41,367 nt of DNA from Gemmatimonadota bacterium. Lineage in GTDB: Bacteria > Gemmatimonadota > Gemmatimonadetes > Gemmatimonadales > GWC2-71-9. Of the stretch, positions 9,393-18,764 are shown one piece after another. Every line of letters starts with the position of its first letter. Positions within the stretch are counted from its first letter, which is position 1. Location of the stretch: assembly GCA_036679645.1 (NCBI GenBank), contig JAZDCY010000078.1, forward strand, positions 1 through 41,367, given 5' to 3'. The translations under genes were made by a program, and so were the position numbers. The notes beneath the pieces were generated by a model. That model did not search any database. It saw only the letters and a list, made by a program, of their open reading frames with translations, and was not told the origin of the DNA.

Positions 9393-9496
9393 ACAGATAG
9401 ACGCGTAGACGTACAGACGTGCAGGCGCATAGGCGCTCAGACGCACAGGGGCTCAGGTGCTCAGACGCACAGGGGCTCAGGTGCTCAGATGCGTAG
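9393..9496. repeat. Degenerate 8-bp tandem array (13 units, all ending AG) with an exact 24-bp duplication
   Basis: ACAGATAG ACGCGTAG ACGTACAG ACGTGCAG GCGCATAG GCGCTCAG [ACGCACAG GGGCTCAG GTGCTCAG]x2 ATGCGTAG. Confidence 0.85.
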
Positions 9497-9498
9497 AC

Positions 9499-9524
9499 CA
9501 TTCTACATTCTGCAATCTGCAATC
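9499..9524. repeat. 7-bp tandem repeat abutting the birA stop
   Basis: CATTCTA CATTCTG CAATCTG CAATC. Confidence 0.75.
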
Positions 9525-10278
9525 ACTCTACCTCCACAGTGCCACCTAGCACACGCTCAATCCCTGTTCCGGTCTCCACCAGCAGCGCCCCGTCCTCATC
9601 GATCCCCGAGGCAATCCCTTGAACCGGCTGTTCGAGCCGCCTGCCTCGCAGCGAATCGGCGTGCGCGAAGTCCACTCGTTCAGCATCGGTGAGTCGCGGG
9701 TCGTGTGACAGCCGCCCAAACGCGGGCAGCAGGTGCTCGAGCACCGCAATCCGCGAGATCTGCCCGTGATGTTCCTCCAGACTCGTTGCCGAGACGCGTA
9801 GTTCGTCCGGCAGCGAGCCATACACGTTCATGCCCAAGCCGATCGCGATCCATCCGCCCTGTTCGCCGGTACGTGCTTCGCAAAGGATCCCGGCGAGTTT
9901 CCGCTCTCCCAGAAAGATATCGTTCGGCCACTTCAGTTGGACGACCACGTCGAGTGCGTGGAGCGCCCGTACCACCGCCAACCCGACCCGCAGCGAAAGC
10001 ACTCCGGTCTCGAGTGGACCCGCGAGACGAAACAGGTATCCCAGCCAGATCCCCGCTCCACGCTGAGAGTGCCAGTATCGACCGTGCCGGCCACGACCGC
10101 TGGTCTGTTCGTCGGCTAGCACCACGGCACCCGACGGGACGCCGCTCGCACCGAAGTCGTGAATCAGGTCGAGCGTGCTGCCAACCTGCTCCCGATACGT
10201 CACGTCCTCGACGCCGAGCCGCGCGCTGAGCGACGTGACCGGAACGCCGTCGTACGTCAGCGCGTCACCACGACCCAC
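9523..10278 (-). CDS. birA: Biotin--[acetyl-CoA-carboxylase] ligase without HTH domain (start approximate)
   Basis: EQTSGRGRHGRYW, LKWPNDI, KLAGIL, GIDEDGALLV; in-frame GTG at 10278. Confidence 0.9.
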   Translation of the reverse strand: MGRGDALTYDGVPVTSLSARLGVEDVTYREQVGSTLDLIHDFGASGVPSGAVVLADEQTSGRGRHGRYWHSQRGAGIWLGYLFRLAGPLETGVLSLRVGLAVVRALHALDVVVQLKWPNDIFLGERKLAGILCEARTGEQGGWIAIGLGMNVYGSLPDELRVSATSLEEHHGQISRIAVLEHLLPAFGRLSHDPRLTDAERVDFAHADSLRGRRLEQPVQGIASGIDEDGALLVETGTGIERVLGGTVEVE

Positions 10279-11042
10279 AGAACGGTGCCAACACCCAGGA
10301 GCCAGCAGTAGGGGGCGAACCGGTGAAACGCGCCGCGTGCGAGCAGTCTCACGAGCAACCGAATTGCTACCACGCCCGCCACGAGGGCGGAAAGGAAGCT
10401 CACACCGAGCGGTACTACGCCGACGTTCAGCGCATCGGTAGAGAGATGACGAAGCTGTAGCACCGCAGCGCCGGCGATGGCGGGGATGGCCATGAGGAAC
10501 GAGAACTCCGCCGCACGGACGCCATCGAGACGCAGCCACATGGCCGCAGCCACGGTCGTGCCGGACCGCGAGATACCCGGCAAGATGGCCAGCGCCTGTC
10601 CCAGGCCGATGAGCGCCGCCCCGCGCGCATTCGGCTCGGTCTGTGCACCGGTGCGGGCCCATCGCGCGCTCCAGAGTATTGTCCCCGTTATCAGGAAACC
10701 GATGCCGACCACGAGGAGCGACTCGAACCCCCGCGCGATGACGTCACGCAGAAACCAGCCTACGACGACGGCCGGTATGGTCGCGATGACCAAGAGCCCG
10801 ATGAACCGCCATGACCCGCCATCGCCGGCCAGCGCCCCGCGCGCGAGGGCCACGATCCGGGCACGGTACACGAGCGTGACCGCGAGCAGCGTCGCCACAT
10901 GCAGAACCACCTCCACGAACACGCCTGGCATCTGCACATCCAGCAACGCCTGCGCAACGACGAGATGCCCCGAACTCGAGACGGGCAAGAACTCGGTGAG
11001 CCCCTGCACCACGCCTAGGATGATGCCTTCCCACCAGTTCAT
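10257..11042 (-). CDS. uppP: Undecaprenyl-diphosphate phosphatase
   Basis: GVVQGLTEFLPVSSSGH, PGISRSGTT, AAEFSFLM. Confidence 0.95.
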   Translation of the reverse strand: MNWWEGIILGVVQGLTEFLPVSSSGHLVVAQALLDVQMPGVFVEVVLHVATLLAVTLVYRARIVALARGALAGDGGSWRFIGLLVIATIPAVVVGWFLRDVIARGFESLLVVGIGFLITGTILWSARWARTGAQTEPNARGAALIGLGQALAILPGISRSGTTVAAAMWLRLDGVRAAEFSFLMAIPAIAGAAVLQLRHLSTDALNVGVVPLGVSFLSALVAGVVAIRLLVRLLARGAFHRFAPYCWLLGVGTVLWVVVTR

Positions 11043-12169
11043 GTATCACCCAGCACGCGGCGATAGAGATCTTCATATTGGGGGACGACGATATCGACGG
11101 AGAACTTTGCGGCGGCGGCCACCGCCGCCACGCGGTAAGCCTGCAACTTGTTCTCGTCCGACAGGAGCTCGATGGCACGGGCGGCCATGCCTTCCACGTC
11201 TCCCACATCCAGCAACGCGCCAGTCACGCCGTCCTCTACGACTTCGGGAATGCCTCCAGTTCTCGAGGCGATGACGGGAACGCCACACGCCATGGCTTCG
11301 AGTGCCGCAAGACCAAACGATTCGGTTTCACTGGGCAGCAGAAAGAGATCGGCACAGCGCAGCAGGTCCGCGACGGTATCCATCTTTCCCAACAGCCGCA
11401 CATCGTCTTTGACCCCAAGCTCCGCAGCCACGGTTTCCGCCTCGTGCCGCTGCGGGCCATCGCCAACGAGCACCAGAACCGCGGGGATCTCCTTGCGAAT
11501 GCGCGCGAACGTCTTGACGACGTCCGGCACCCGCTTGACCGGCCGGAAGTTCGAGATGTGCATCAATACCTTCGAGCCCGGAGGCGCCAGGGCCGATCGG
11601 CAACCCCCGTCATCCGCCGGATAGTATTCGTCGAGGTTCACGAAGTTGGGGATTACATCGATGTTGCAATCGACACAGCCAAACGCCTCGTGTGTCTTGT
11701 CGCGCAAGAATTGCGACACCGCTGTCACCGCGTCCGACTGCTCGATGGCGAACTTCGTCACGGTAAAGAACGACGATTCCTGTCCCACGAGCGTGATGTC
11801 GGTACCGTGCAGCGTCGTCACCACTTCCACGGGATGATCCTCCGCCGCCATCTCCTTGGCGAGGAACGCCGCGGTCGCATGCGGAATTGCGTAGTGCACA
11901 TGGAGGATGTCGAGCTGGTGCTCAACGGCTATCTCGTGTTGCTTGACCGCCAGCGCCAAGGAATAAGGAAAGTACTCCAACAGCGGATACGTAGCCGTGA
12001 GATCCACCTCGTGGAAGAAGACGCGTTCGGTGAAGTTGCGTAGACGGAACGGCGTCGCGTAGGAGATGACGTGCACCTCATGCCCTCGCCGTCCCAATGC
12101 CAGCCCGAGTTCCGTCGCTACCGCCCCCGACCCACCGTAAGTCGGGTAACACGTGATCCCAATGCGCAT
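11039..12169 (-). CDS. bshA: N-acetyl-alpha-D-glucosaminyl L-malate synthase (bacillithiol biosynthesis)
   Basis: MRIGITCYPTYGGSG, HVHYAIPHA, TTLHGTDITLVG, HISNFRPVKR, ESFGLAALEAM; start ATG 12169. Confidence 0.93.
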   Translation of the reverse strand: MRIGITCYPTYGGSGAVATELGLALGRRGHEVHVISYATPFRLRNFTERVFFHEVDLTATYPLLEYFPYSLALAVKQHEIAVEHQLDILHVHYAIPHATAAFLAKEMAAEDHPVEVVTTLHGTDITLVGQESSFFTVTKFAIEQSDAVTAVSQFLRDKTHEAFGCVDCNIDVIPNFVNLDEYYPADDGGCRSALAPPGSKVLMHISNFRPVKRVPDVVKTFARIRKEIPAVLVLVGDGPQRHEAETVAAELGVKDDVRLLGKMDTVADLLRCADLFLLPSETESFGLAALEAMACGVPVIASRTGGIPEVVEDGVTGALLDVGDVEGMAARAIELLSDENKLQAYRVAAVAAAAKFSVDIVVPQYEDLYRRVLGDT

Positions 12170-13095
12170 CACCCCATCTCCTCTCTCATACCGGCCCAAC
12201 GGTCCATGATCTCCCCGGCCACTACCGCTGATCCGTCCGTTGCGTCCAGCGTCACGACATCGCTCGCGGGGAGCTGATTCCGGAACCACGTATCCTGTCG
12301 TTTGGCGTACCTGCGGGTGGACGTGATGATCGCCCCACCCAACTCCGCCCCGGGCAGCTCCCCGCGCAGGACCTGCACCACTTCCCGATATCCGACCGCA
12401 TCCAGCCCAGGCGCGTCATGCGGGACACCCCGTTCCATGAGGTTGCGTACCTCATCGACCCATCCCGCTTCGAGCATCGTACGCACACGCTCTGCGATGC
12501 GCTGGTGGAGCACCGCCCGAGGAAGCGAGAGCCTAACATACCAAGGACGGATTGTCCCCTTCGCCTTGGCCCGCCGCTGCCACCACGAGAGCGCTCGGCC
12601 GGTTAGCAACGCGATCTCGACCGCACGCGCAGCGCGCTGCCTCCCTCCACCCGTGTAATCCCTGTCCAGCCGAACCGCCCAGCGCGCTGGGTCAGGCACG
12701 CCCGCGATCCACCGCCGCATCGTGTTCCGCCGATCCGCGTCCAACGGCGGCTCATGGAACAATCCGTCCACGAGCGCACGCACATAGAAGCCCGTACCGC
12801 CAACCACGATGGGCTGGCGCTCGGCCGGGATCTCATCGAGCCACCGGGCGGCATCGCTGGCAAAACGACCCGCACTGTAGCGCTCTCCGGGGTCCACGAC
12901 ATCGATGCCGCGGTGCGGGACTCGCGCCAGCAACGTGGCGGGTGGTTTCGCCGTCCCGATATCCAACCCGCGGTACACCTGCCGGGAATCGGCGGAGATG
13001 ACGGTGACCTGCCACGACTCCGCCAGCGCCGCCGTCACTGCCGTCTTGCCTACCGCGGTCGGTCCCACCACTACTGGGACGCGCCGTTTAGCCAC
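12169..13095 (-). CDS. miaA: tRNA dimethylallyltransferase
   Basis: GPTAVGKT, ISADSRQVYRGLDIGTAKP, VGGTGFY, TRRYAKRQDTWFR; GTG start 13095. Confidence 0.95.
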   Translation of the reverse strand: MAKRRVPVVVGPTAVGKTAVTAALAESWQVTVISADSRQVYRGLDIGTAKPPATLLARVPHRGIDVVDPGERYSAGRFASDAARWLDEIPAERQPIVVGGTGFYVRALVDGLFHEPPLDADRRNTMRRWIAGVPDPARWAVRLDRDYTGGGRQRAARAVEIALLTGRALSWWQRRAKAKGTIRPWYVRLSLPRAVLHQRIAERVRTMLEAGWVDEVRNLMERGVPHDAPGLDAVGYREVVQVLRGELPGAELGGAIITSTRRYAKRQDTWFRNQLPASDVVTLDATDGSAVVAGEIMDRWAGMREEMG

Positions 13096-14812
13096 GCCCG
13101 AACCGTCGCTCCAACTCGCTTTGAGGAAGTTGAACGATCGTCGGGCGTCCGTGCACATCATGCGGAGGAAGCTCGCAGGCAAACAAGCGGTTCACCAGTT
13201 CCCGCAACTCGATTGACTCGAGGCGGTCGCCAGCCTTGACGGCCGCGCGGCACGCGTACGTGGCGGCGAAGCGTTCCAGGCGATTGTGCAAGCCGCCGAA
13301 CCGCCCGCGTGCGATATCGGCGACGACCTCTTCGAAACAGCGTTGCGCGTCAAATCGTGGGTGGGGATTCGGCGCGGCATGGATGGCAACCGTGCGCCCG
13401 CCGAACGGCTCAGCCTCAAACCCGATGGCGGAGAGCAGTTCCGCGTGAGACTCGACAGCCTCGAGTTCCCGCGCGTCCAACTCGACCGTGATCGGCAGCA
13501 ACAGCCGCTGGGCGGCCACGTCGCTTCCGGTCAGTTGTGCCATCGCGCGCTCGTAGAGAACGCGCTCGTGCGCGGAATGCTGATCGATAATCGCGACAGC
13601 GTCGTCGGTCTGCATGAGGATGTACGTATCGAAGACCTGCAACAGCGATGGGCTGGGTATCGGCTCAGCGGTGGGGCCGAAGAGGGTGGAGGGCGGGAAG
13701 GCGGGAGCGCGGGAGGGCGGGAAGTTGCCCCTCGTGCCGAGCACCGACGAATTCCCGGAGGCGCTTTCGGCCATCCCGCCTTCCCGCCCTCCCGCCATCA
13801 CCGCGGCCGCTTCCATAGGTGCGATGGCAGCCCTGACCGCGTCCTCTACCGTCCGCTCAACGAAGAAACGATCGCGAAAGCGCACCTCGAGTTTAGTGGG
13901 GTGGACATTTACATCGACCCGATCGCCCGGCAATTCCAACGAGAGGAAGAGCGAGGGTCGTGTACCGGGCGCGATCGCCCCACGACACCCCGCTTCGGCC
14001 GCCCGCACGATGAACGGGTCGCGAAATGGGCGACCGTTCACGAAGAGGTATGACCGCCGACCCGTCGGTTTGGCGTCTGCCGGACGCTGCACGAGACCGC
14101 GTACCGAGAGTGGCCCGGCGTTCCATTCCACGATCAAGAGTTGGCTCGCAAGCTCTTTGCCGAACAGCGCTGCAACCCGGTCGCTGATCGCGCTTGCTCG
14201 TGGCGCGTGCAGGCGCGTGCGGCCCTCGCTCACCAGCCGGAACGACACGTCCAGCCGCGCCAACGCGAGGAGCGCAACTGCATCGGTGACCGCACGTGTC
14301 TCGGCGCGCTGCGACTTGAGGAACTTCCGGCGCGCCGGCGTATTGAAGAACAGGCGTTGGACAACGACCGTGGTCCCGGCCTGTCGTGCGGTCGGCTCGA
14401 CCGCCTCGAGCCGCCCCCCTTTCGCGGTGATCCGCGTACCGTCTCTCATGGACGCGCCCTCGATCCGCGGCGCGGTCTCCATCTCGAATTGCGATACTGA
14501 GGCGATCGCAGGTAGCGCCTCCCCGCGGAACCCGTACGTCGGTACGCCAATGAGATCGGCCACCGTCGTGATCTTGCTCGTCGCATGCCGATCGAGCGCC
14601 AGCACGGCGTCGTCACGCCCCATACCAGACCCGTCATCTACAACACTGATGCGCGTCCGCCCCCCACCCGCGATCTCGACCACGACTTCCGTCGCACCAG
14701 CATCGAGCGCGTTCTCGACCAACTCCTTGACGACCGAAGCGGGCCGCTCCACCACCTCACCGGCCGCGATCTGGTCGGCGACCGTATCGGGCAGGATGCG
14801 AATACGCCTCAT
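13088..14812 (-). CDS. mutL: DNA mismatch repair endonuclease MutL
   Basis: IAAGEVVERPASVVKELVENALDA, GFRGEAL, DQHSAHERVLYE, ACRAAVK, HGRP; start ATG 14812. Confidence 0.97.
   Translation of the reverse strand: MRRIRILPDTVADQIAAGEVVERPASVVKELVENALDAGATEVVVEIAGGGRTRISVVDDGSGMGRDDAVLALDRHATSKITTVADLIGVPTYGFRGEALPAIASVSQFEMETAPRIEGASMRDGTRITAKGGRLEAVEPTARQAGTTVVVQRLFFNTPARRKFLKSQRAETRAVTDAVALLALARLDVSFRLVSEGRTRLHAPRASAISDRVAALFGKELASQLLIVEWNAGPLSVRGLVQRPADAKPTGRRSYLFVNGRPFRDPFIVRAAEAGCRGAIAPGTRPSLFLSLELPGDRVDVNVHPTKLEVRFRDRFFVERTVEDAVRAAIAPMEAAAVMAGGREGGMAESASGNSSVLGTRGNFPPSRAPAFPPSTLFGPTAEPIPSPSLLQVFDTYILMQTDDAVAIIDQHSAHERVLYERAMAQLTGSDVAAQRLLLPITVELDARELEAVESHAELLSAIGFEAEPFGGRTVAIHAAPNPHPRFDAQRCFEEVVADIARGRFGGLHNRLERFAATYACRAAVKAGDRLESIELRELVNRLFACELPPHDVHGRPTIVQLPQSELERRFGRG
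13688..13797. repeat. Inverted pair of 8-bp tandem arrays within the mutL linker
   Basis: GGAGGGCGGGAAGGCGGGA (13688-13706) is the exact reverse complement of TCCCGCCTTCCCGCCCTCC (13774-13792). Confidence 0.8.
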
Positions 14813-17142
14813 CAGAGCCCGGTCACCTCGTCTTCGTGCACCCATCCGTGAACGTCACCGCGTGCGACCAGCAGCCACGACCCGTCCCGCCGATCGACCG
14901 TCACCGCACTCCCCTCGACGATGACGCGGGCCGCCTCCGCGGAGCCAAACGGCGCGGACCGCAACGGCACATCGTGCGCGAGCACGATCGCAATGTGGCG
15001 CCGCGCCTCGACCCGCACGCGTGCGCCGGCACCCGCGACGGCGGCCGCCACAACCACAACACCCCACGCAAACCGCCTGGCACGGCCGACGCCCAGCAAC
15101 AACCAGCCGCCGACCCATAGAACTGCAGCCGTGCCCAAGAGTTCGCCGGCGGTGACGTACCGCACGCGCGCGATACGTTCGGTAACGGGATCCTCGGGCA
15201 GGAGTTCGAGCGCGCGGCGGATTTCGCTGCGCCGCGGCGCGAGCCGCGCCGCGCGGAGCCAGGCAGCCAGCGCGCGCCCGTCTTCCCCCAATCGGTAGAA
15301 ACTGTTGCCGAGATTATACCAGTGTGCGGGAGATCGAGGCTCAGCGGCGGTGCGCGCGAGAAAGGCCTCGGCCGCTGGCCGCACGGCACCGGCTTCGTAC
15401 AGTCGCTCCGGCTCGGATTGCTGTGCCTGCGCCGGTGTCCCCCACGCGAGCGCAACCAGCGCGATCGGCACCAGGCGGCGTCTGTGTCGCGGCGCCGCTT
15501 CCCCGGCGAGGGCTCGGAGAATCTCCCGAACCTCGGCTCCCAGCTCATCGGGATCGGTCCCACCGGCTGGGCCAAAGACCGCCTGATACAATCGGTCGCG
15601 CGCGCGCACGACGTGCGCCGCAAGCGGCGGCTCCAATCCCGCGGCGCGCAGCGCGGCGATGAGATCAGCGCCGTGGCGGTGTGCCGCCCCGGGGACGATC
15701 GCTGCAAGCGCAGCACGGAGCTCGTGATCCAACAGTTCCAACGTCGTTCCACCGTGCCGCACCACCGCGTGCGTCACTGCGACGCGTGGACGCATCCTCC
15801 GGCTCGCGACGGGGATCAGCACCAGGAAGGGCGGGAGCATCGCAATGGCAACCCAGATCACGACGGGGACGTGGTCGAGACGCGTGCTCCACGTCTCTCC
15901 CGCATCCAACATGAGTGGCGGCGGCGGCGGCCGCGTCGCAACCGGCATGTCTCCAATTGACGCAATCAGCTGAGTGCCCGCCGCACCGACGGTCCGATAG
16001 CGACCACGGCCGGCGTCGAAGTAGGAGTAGGTCACGGCGGGAATGGGATGCGTTCCTGCCGAATCCACCACGATCAGATAGGTAAACCGCTTCCGACCCG
16101 CTATGCGTCCATCACGGGACGTGAGATCGACCGTAACGTCCGTCGGATAAACGCGCACACCGATGGGCCAGTTGACCTTGGGTTCGGGCCAGAGCGCCAC
16201 GTTGCCCGCGCCATCCAGCGTCACCGTCGCGGTGGCTGCCCCTCCTGCCTGAAGTTGCGTGGGCTGCAACGTGAAGTCGATCGCGATGTCCGATCCCGCC
16301 ACGCCCGAAAAATTCGGGGGTCGTCCCGCAACCGGCTGCGGTCTGACGGCAATCGCCAGCCTCTCGCTCTGCACCTCGTGCTGCAGTTCGCGACTCAGAA
16401 ACGAATAGGTGAGCGGGACGACATATGAGACGGTGGCGGGTCCGACGCGCAGCTCTCCCGCCGCGAGTGGGAAGAGGACCTGATGGCTGATGAACAGATC
16501 GTACCACCATTCACCAGACCGGCGGCTGGCGACGATTCCGGTGGGCGTCTCCTGTCGATACGACCACACGCCCTCGACCTCGGGCGGCGTCAGTGTTGGT
16601 GGCGTCCGGAGTTGGCGGCGCACGTCGCGACGGAACCACGCGAGCGTCATGAGATCGAGTTGGGCACCGAGAATCAGTTGGCGCGGTATAGCGACCACAC
16701 GGAGGACCACCTCATCCCCACCCGGCGGTGCGCGGACCGTATCGACGAGCGAGCGAATCGTCGGCGCGAGCATAGGACCAACACCCCCGGCCGGGACGGT
16801 CACGGTGACGGTGATGGGGGCCGTTTCGGACATATCCTCGCCGTGCCGCACTCGCACCGGTCCAATAGATGCCGTGCCGGCGCGCGTCGCTACTAGACGC
16901 AATTCGCGCGTGTACGTGCGCCAGGGAGCGCCGTCGACGATACGCACCTGCGTCGCCTCGGACGTGCCGCGTACGTCGAATCCGCTGAGGACCGGGTCGA
17001 GGACACGGATCGGATCGCCGCCTCGCGCCTCGACACGGATCGAGAGCGTCACTAGATCCCCGACAAGTGCAGTGACCCGATCTACCGACGCGCTCACCTG
17101 TGGTTGTTGCACGGCGAGCACGATCGCGAGCAGCCCAGTCAC
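14812..17142 (-). CDS. BatD-family protein fused to a BatE-like TPR + SH3-like C-terminus
   Basis: GTG 17142 (GTGA overlap), signal peptide, BatD-like beta domains (RPPNFSGVAG, GAGNV, YSYFD), TM, TPR HWYNLGNSFYRLG, C-terminal VHGWV. Confidence 0.8.
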   Translation of the reverse strand: MTGLLAIVLAVQQPQVSASVDRVTALVGDLVTLSIRVEARGGDPIRVLDPVLSGFDVRGTSEATQVRIVDGAPWRTYTRELRLVATRAGTASIGPVRVRHGEDMSETAPITVTVTVPAGGVGPMLAPTIRSLVDTVRAPPGGDEVVLRVVAIPRQLILGAQLDLMTLAWFRRDVRRQLRTPPTLTPPEVEGVWSYRQETPTGIVASRRSGEWWYDLFISHQVLFPLAAGELRVGPATVSYVVPLTYSFLSRELQHEVQSERLAIAVRPQPVAGRPPNFSGVAGSDIAIDFTLQPTQLQAGGAATATVTLDGAGNVALWPEPKVNWPIGVRVYPTDVTVDLTSRDGRIAGRKRFTYLIVVDSAGTHPIPAVTYSYFDAGRGRYRTVGAAGTQLIASIGDMPVATRPPPPPLMLDAGETWSTRLDHVPVVIWVAIAMLPPFLVLIPVASRRMRPRVAVTHAVVRHGGTTLELLDHELRAALAAIVPGAAHRHGADLIAALRAAGLEPPLAAHVVRARDRLYQAVFGPAGGTDPDELGAEVREILRALAGEAAPRHRRRLVPIALVALAWGTPAQAQQSEPERLYEAGAVRPAAEAFLARTAAEPRSPAHWYNLGNSFYRLGEDGRALAAWLRAARLAPRRSEIRRALELLPEDPVTERIARVRYVTAGELLGTAAVLWVGGWLLLGVGRARRFAWGVVVVAAAVAGAGARVRVEARRHIAIVLAHDVPLRSAPFGSAEAARVIVEGSAVTVDRRDGSWLLVARGDVHGWVHEDEVTGL

Positions 17143-18764
17143 CAATCGCGCCGCCGGCGTCGCTCGCGTACCTGCGACGAGCGGCGCGAGACATCGAGCC
17201 GTGTCTGCCGTTCTTCCGCCGCGATCGACTCGAGGATCTGCTCGGCTTGCTCGCGCGTCAGCCGGGTCGGCTGCTGCTCCGGTGGTTGGCCGGCGCCCCC
17301 GGCCTGCGGCATTGGCGGGGCCGGCCCGGAATCGGGCGCCGGCCCGGGCGGTGTTACATCCAGCGCCAACTCGAGATTCCATTTCGCGGCCCCGTCGGCC
17401 GGGCGCAGCAACAACGCCTCCCGATAACGGATGCGCGCATCGGCGAGGTGCTCGTTCCGATTGGCCGAATCGGCTGCGGCACGCCGCAGGCTCGTGAGAC
17501 CCAAGTTGTACAGTGCTCGGAACCGGATTTCCGGGTCGAGTGACTCCGCGGCGCGCTCGAGCAGCTCGTACGCGCGCGGATACCGTCCGACGGCCAGCGC
17601 CGCCGTGCCCGCGTTGTACCAGGTCGTGTCCCCACCTTCCCCCGCGCGCGCCTGCTGGCCGTAGAGGTCCGCCGCGCGATTGAAGGCGCCGCGGCGCCAT
17701 GCGGCGTCCGCCGGGTTCTCGGGTCCCTGCGCCGCCGCTCGCGCGCTCAGCAACGGTACGAGAACAAGACCCACCAGCGCAGCCGTCCGCCGCGTCGCCG
17801 TGTGGACCAGCAGCACGCCGACGGCAGCAAGCAACGGGATCCAGCCCCGCGGTATGTCGTGCGCGGCGGCAGTCGTGCTCTCGGGAGCCCGTTTGTAGGC
17901 AAGCACCAGATCGCGAACCGCACCTGCCTGATCGTCGAGTGCCGCCGCGACGAGCGCGCCACGGCCCGCATCGGCCACGGCCGTCAGTATGTCGTCACGG
18001 CGAGAGCTGAGCACGATGTTGTCCTCGAGATCGCGATGATACCCCATCAACTCACCGGCCGGGGCGCGCAGCGGAATGCGGGCGCCCTCGGTCTCGCCCT
18101 CGGCGACGAGGATCAACCTGATCCCGTCACGGCGCAGCCGCTCGGCCGCCGCGACCACCGCATCGAGCGAGTCGTGTGCCTCTCCGTCTGTGAAGATCAC
18201 GAGCACCCGGTCGGCCAGCCGATCGCTGGCGAGCAGGATTTCACGTCCCTGCCGCATGGCATCGGCAAGCGCGGTGCCGCCCGCGCTCACGAGATCGGGA
18301 TGCAGAGCGTCGATTAGCAAGTGGAGCGCGCTCCCGTCGATCGTGAGCGGCGAGAAAAGAAAGCTGCGGCCCGCGAATCCGATGAGGCCGAGCCTATCGC
18401 CTTGGAGATCCTGCACCAGGCGGCGCACCTCGCGGCGCGCACGCCCCAGCCGGGAAGGCTCGACGTCTTCCGCCAACATCGAGCGCGAGATGTCGACGGC
18501 AAAGACGAGATCGAGTGCCCGGGTATCGGTTGTGACCAGCTGCCGGCCAAACCGCGGCCCGGCAAGAGCAGCCATTGCCAGGAGGGTCACCAGAGCGAGC
18601 CAGAAGGCCGCCCCGCGATTCGCTAGGCGCGCGGTACGCCCTAGCGTCCCGGACCAGCGCGCCGCACGACGCACGCGCGCCGAGCGAGCCCAGAGTGCGA
18701 GCCCCAGAATCACCAGCGCGATGGCGGGCGCTGCAGCCAACACGAGCGGCGCGTCGAATTGCAT
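17139..18764 (-). CDS. BatB-like VWA protein fused to a BatC-like TPR domain
   Basis: MIDAS DISRSM, GDRLGLIGFAG, FTDGEAH; TPR WYNAGTAAL / LYNLG / AKWNLELAL; terminal LTREQAEQILESI...RDW. Confidence 0.85.
   Translation of the reverse strand: MQFDAPLVLAAAPAIALVILGLALWARSARVRRAARWSGTLGRTARLANRGAAFWLALVTLLAMAALAGPRFGRQLVTTDTRALDLVFAVDISRSMLAEDVEPSRLGRARREVRRLVQDLQGDRLGLIGFAGRSFLFSPLTIDGSALHLLIDALHPDLVSAGGTALADAMRQGREILLASDRLADRVLVIFTDGEAHDSLDAVVAAAERLRRDGIRLILVAEGETEGARIPLRAPAGELMGYHRDLEDNIVLSSRRDDILTAVADAGRGALVAAALDDQAGAVRDLVLAYKRAPESTTAAAHDIPRGWIPLLAAVGVLLVHTATRRTAALVGLVLVPLLSARAAAQGPENPADAAWRRGAFNRAADLYGQQARAGEGGDTTWYNAGTAALAVGRYPRAYELLERAAESLDPEIRFRALYNLGLTSLRRAAADSANRNEHLADARIRYREALLLRPADGAAKWNLELALDVTPPGPAPDSGPAPPMPQAGGAGQPPEQQPTRLTREQAEQILESIAAEERQTRLDVSRRSSQVRERRRRRDW

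Noticed and set aside
9393..9496. Possible CRISPR array (24-bp direct repeat)
   Set aside because: The two copies are directly adjacent with no spacers, the underlying period is 8 bp, and no cas genes are present
13614..14924. Long antisense ORFs (this 436-aa one, 18575..20326 and many others)
   Set aside because: Shadow frames of real genes in high-GC DNA; Arg/Ser/Pro-rich and without motifs
14812..17700. Upstream-extended starts in the ORF track (e.g. 17700, 20026, 22561, 12289, 10662, 8831, 5281, 2421, 31560)
   Set aside because: They overlap neighbouring genes extensively; downstream starts with stop/start coupling and family-typical N-termini fit better
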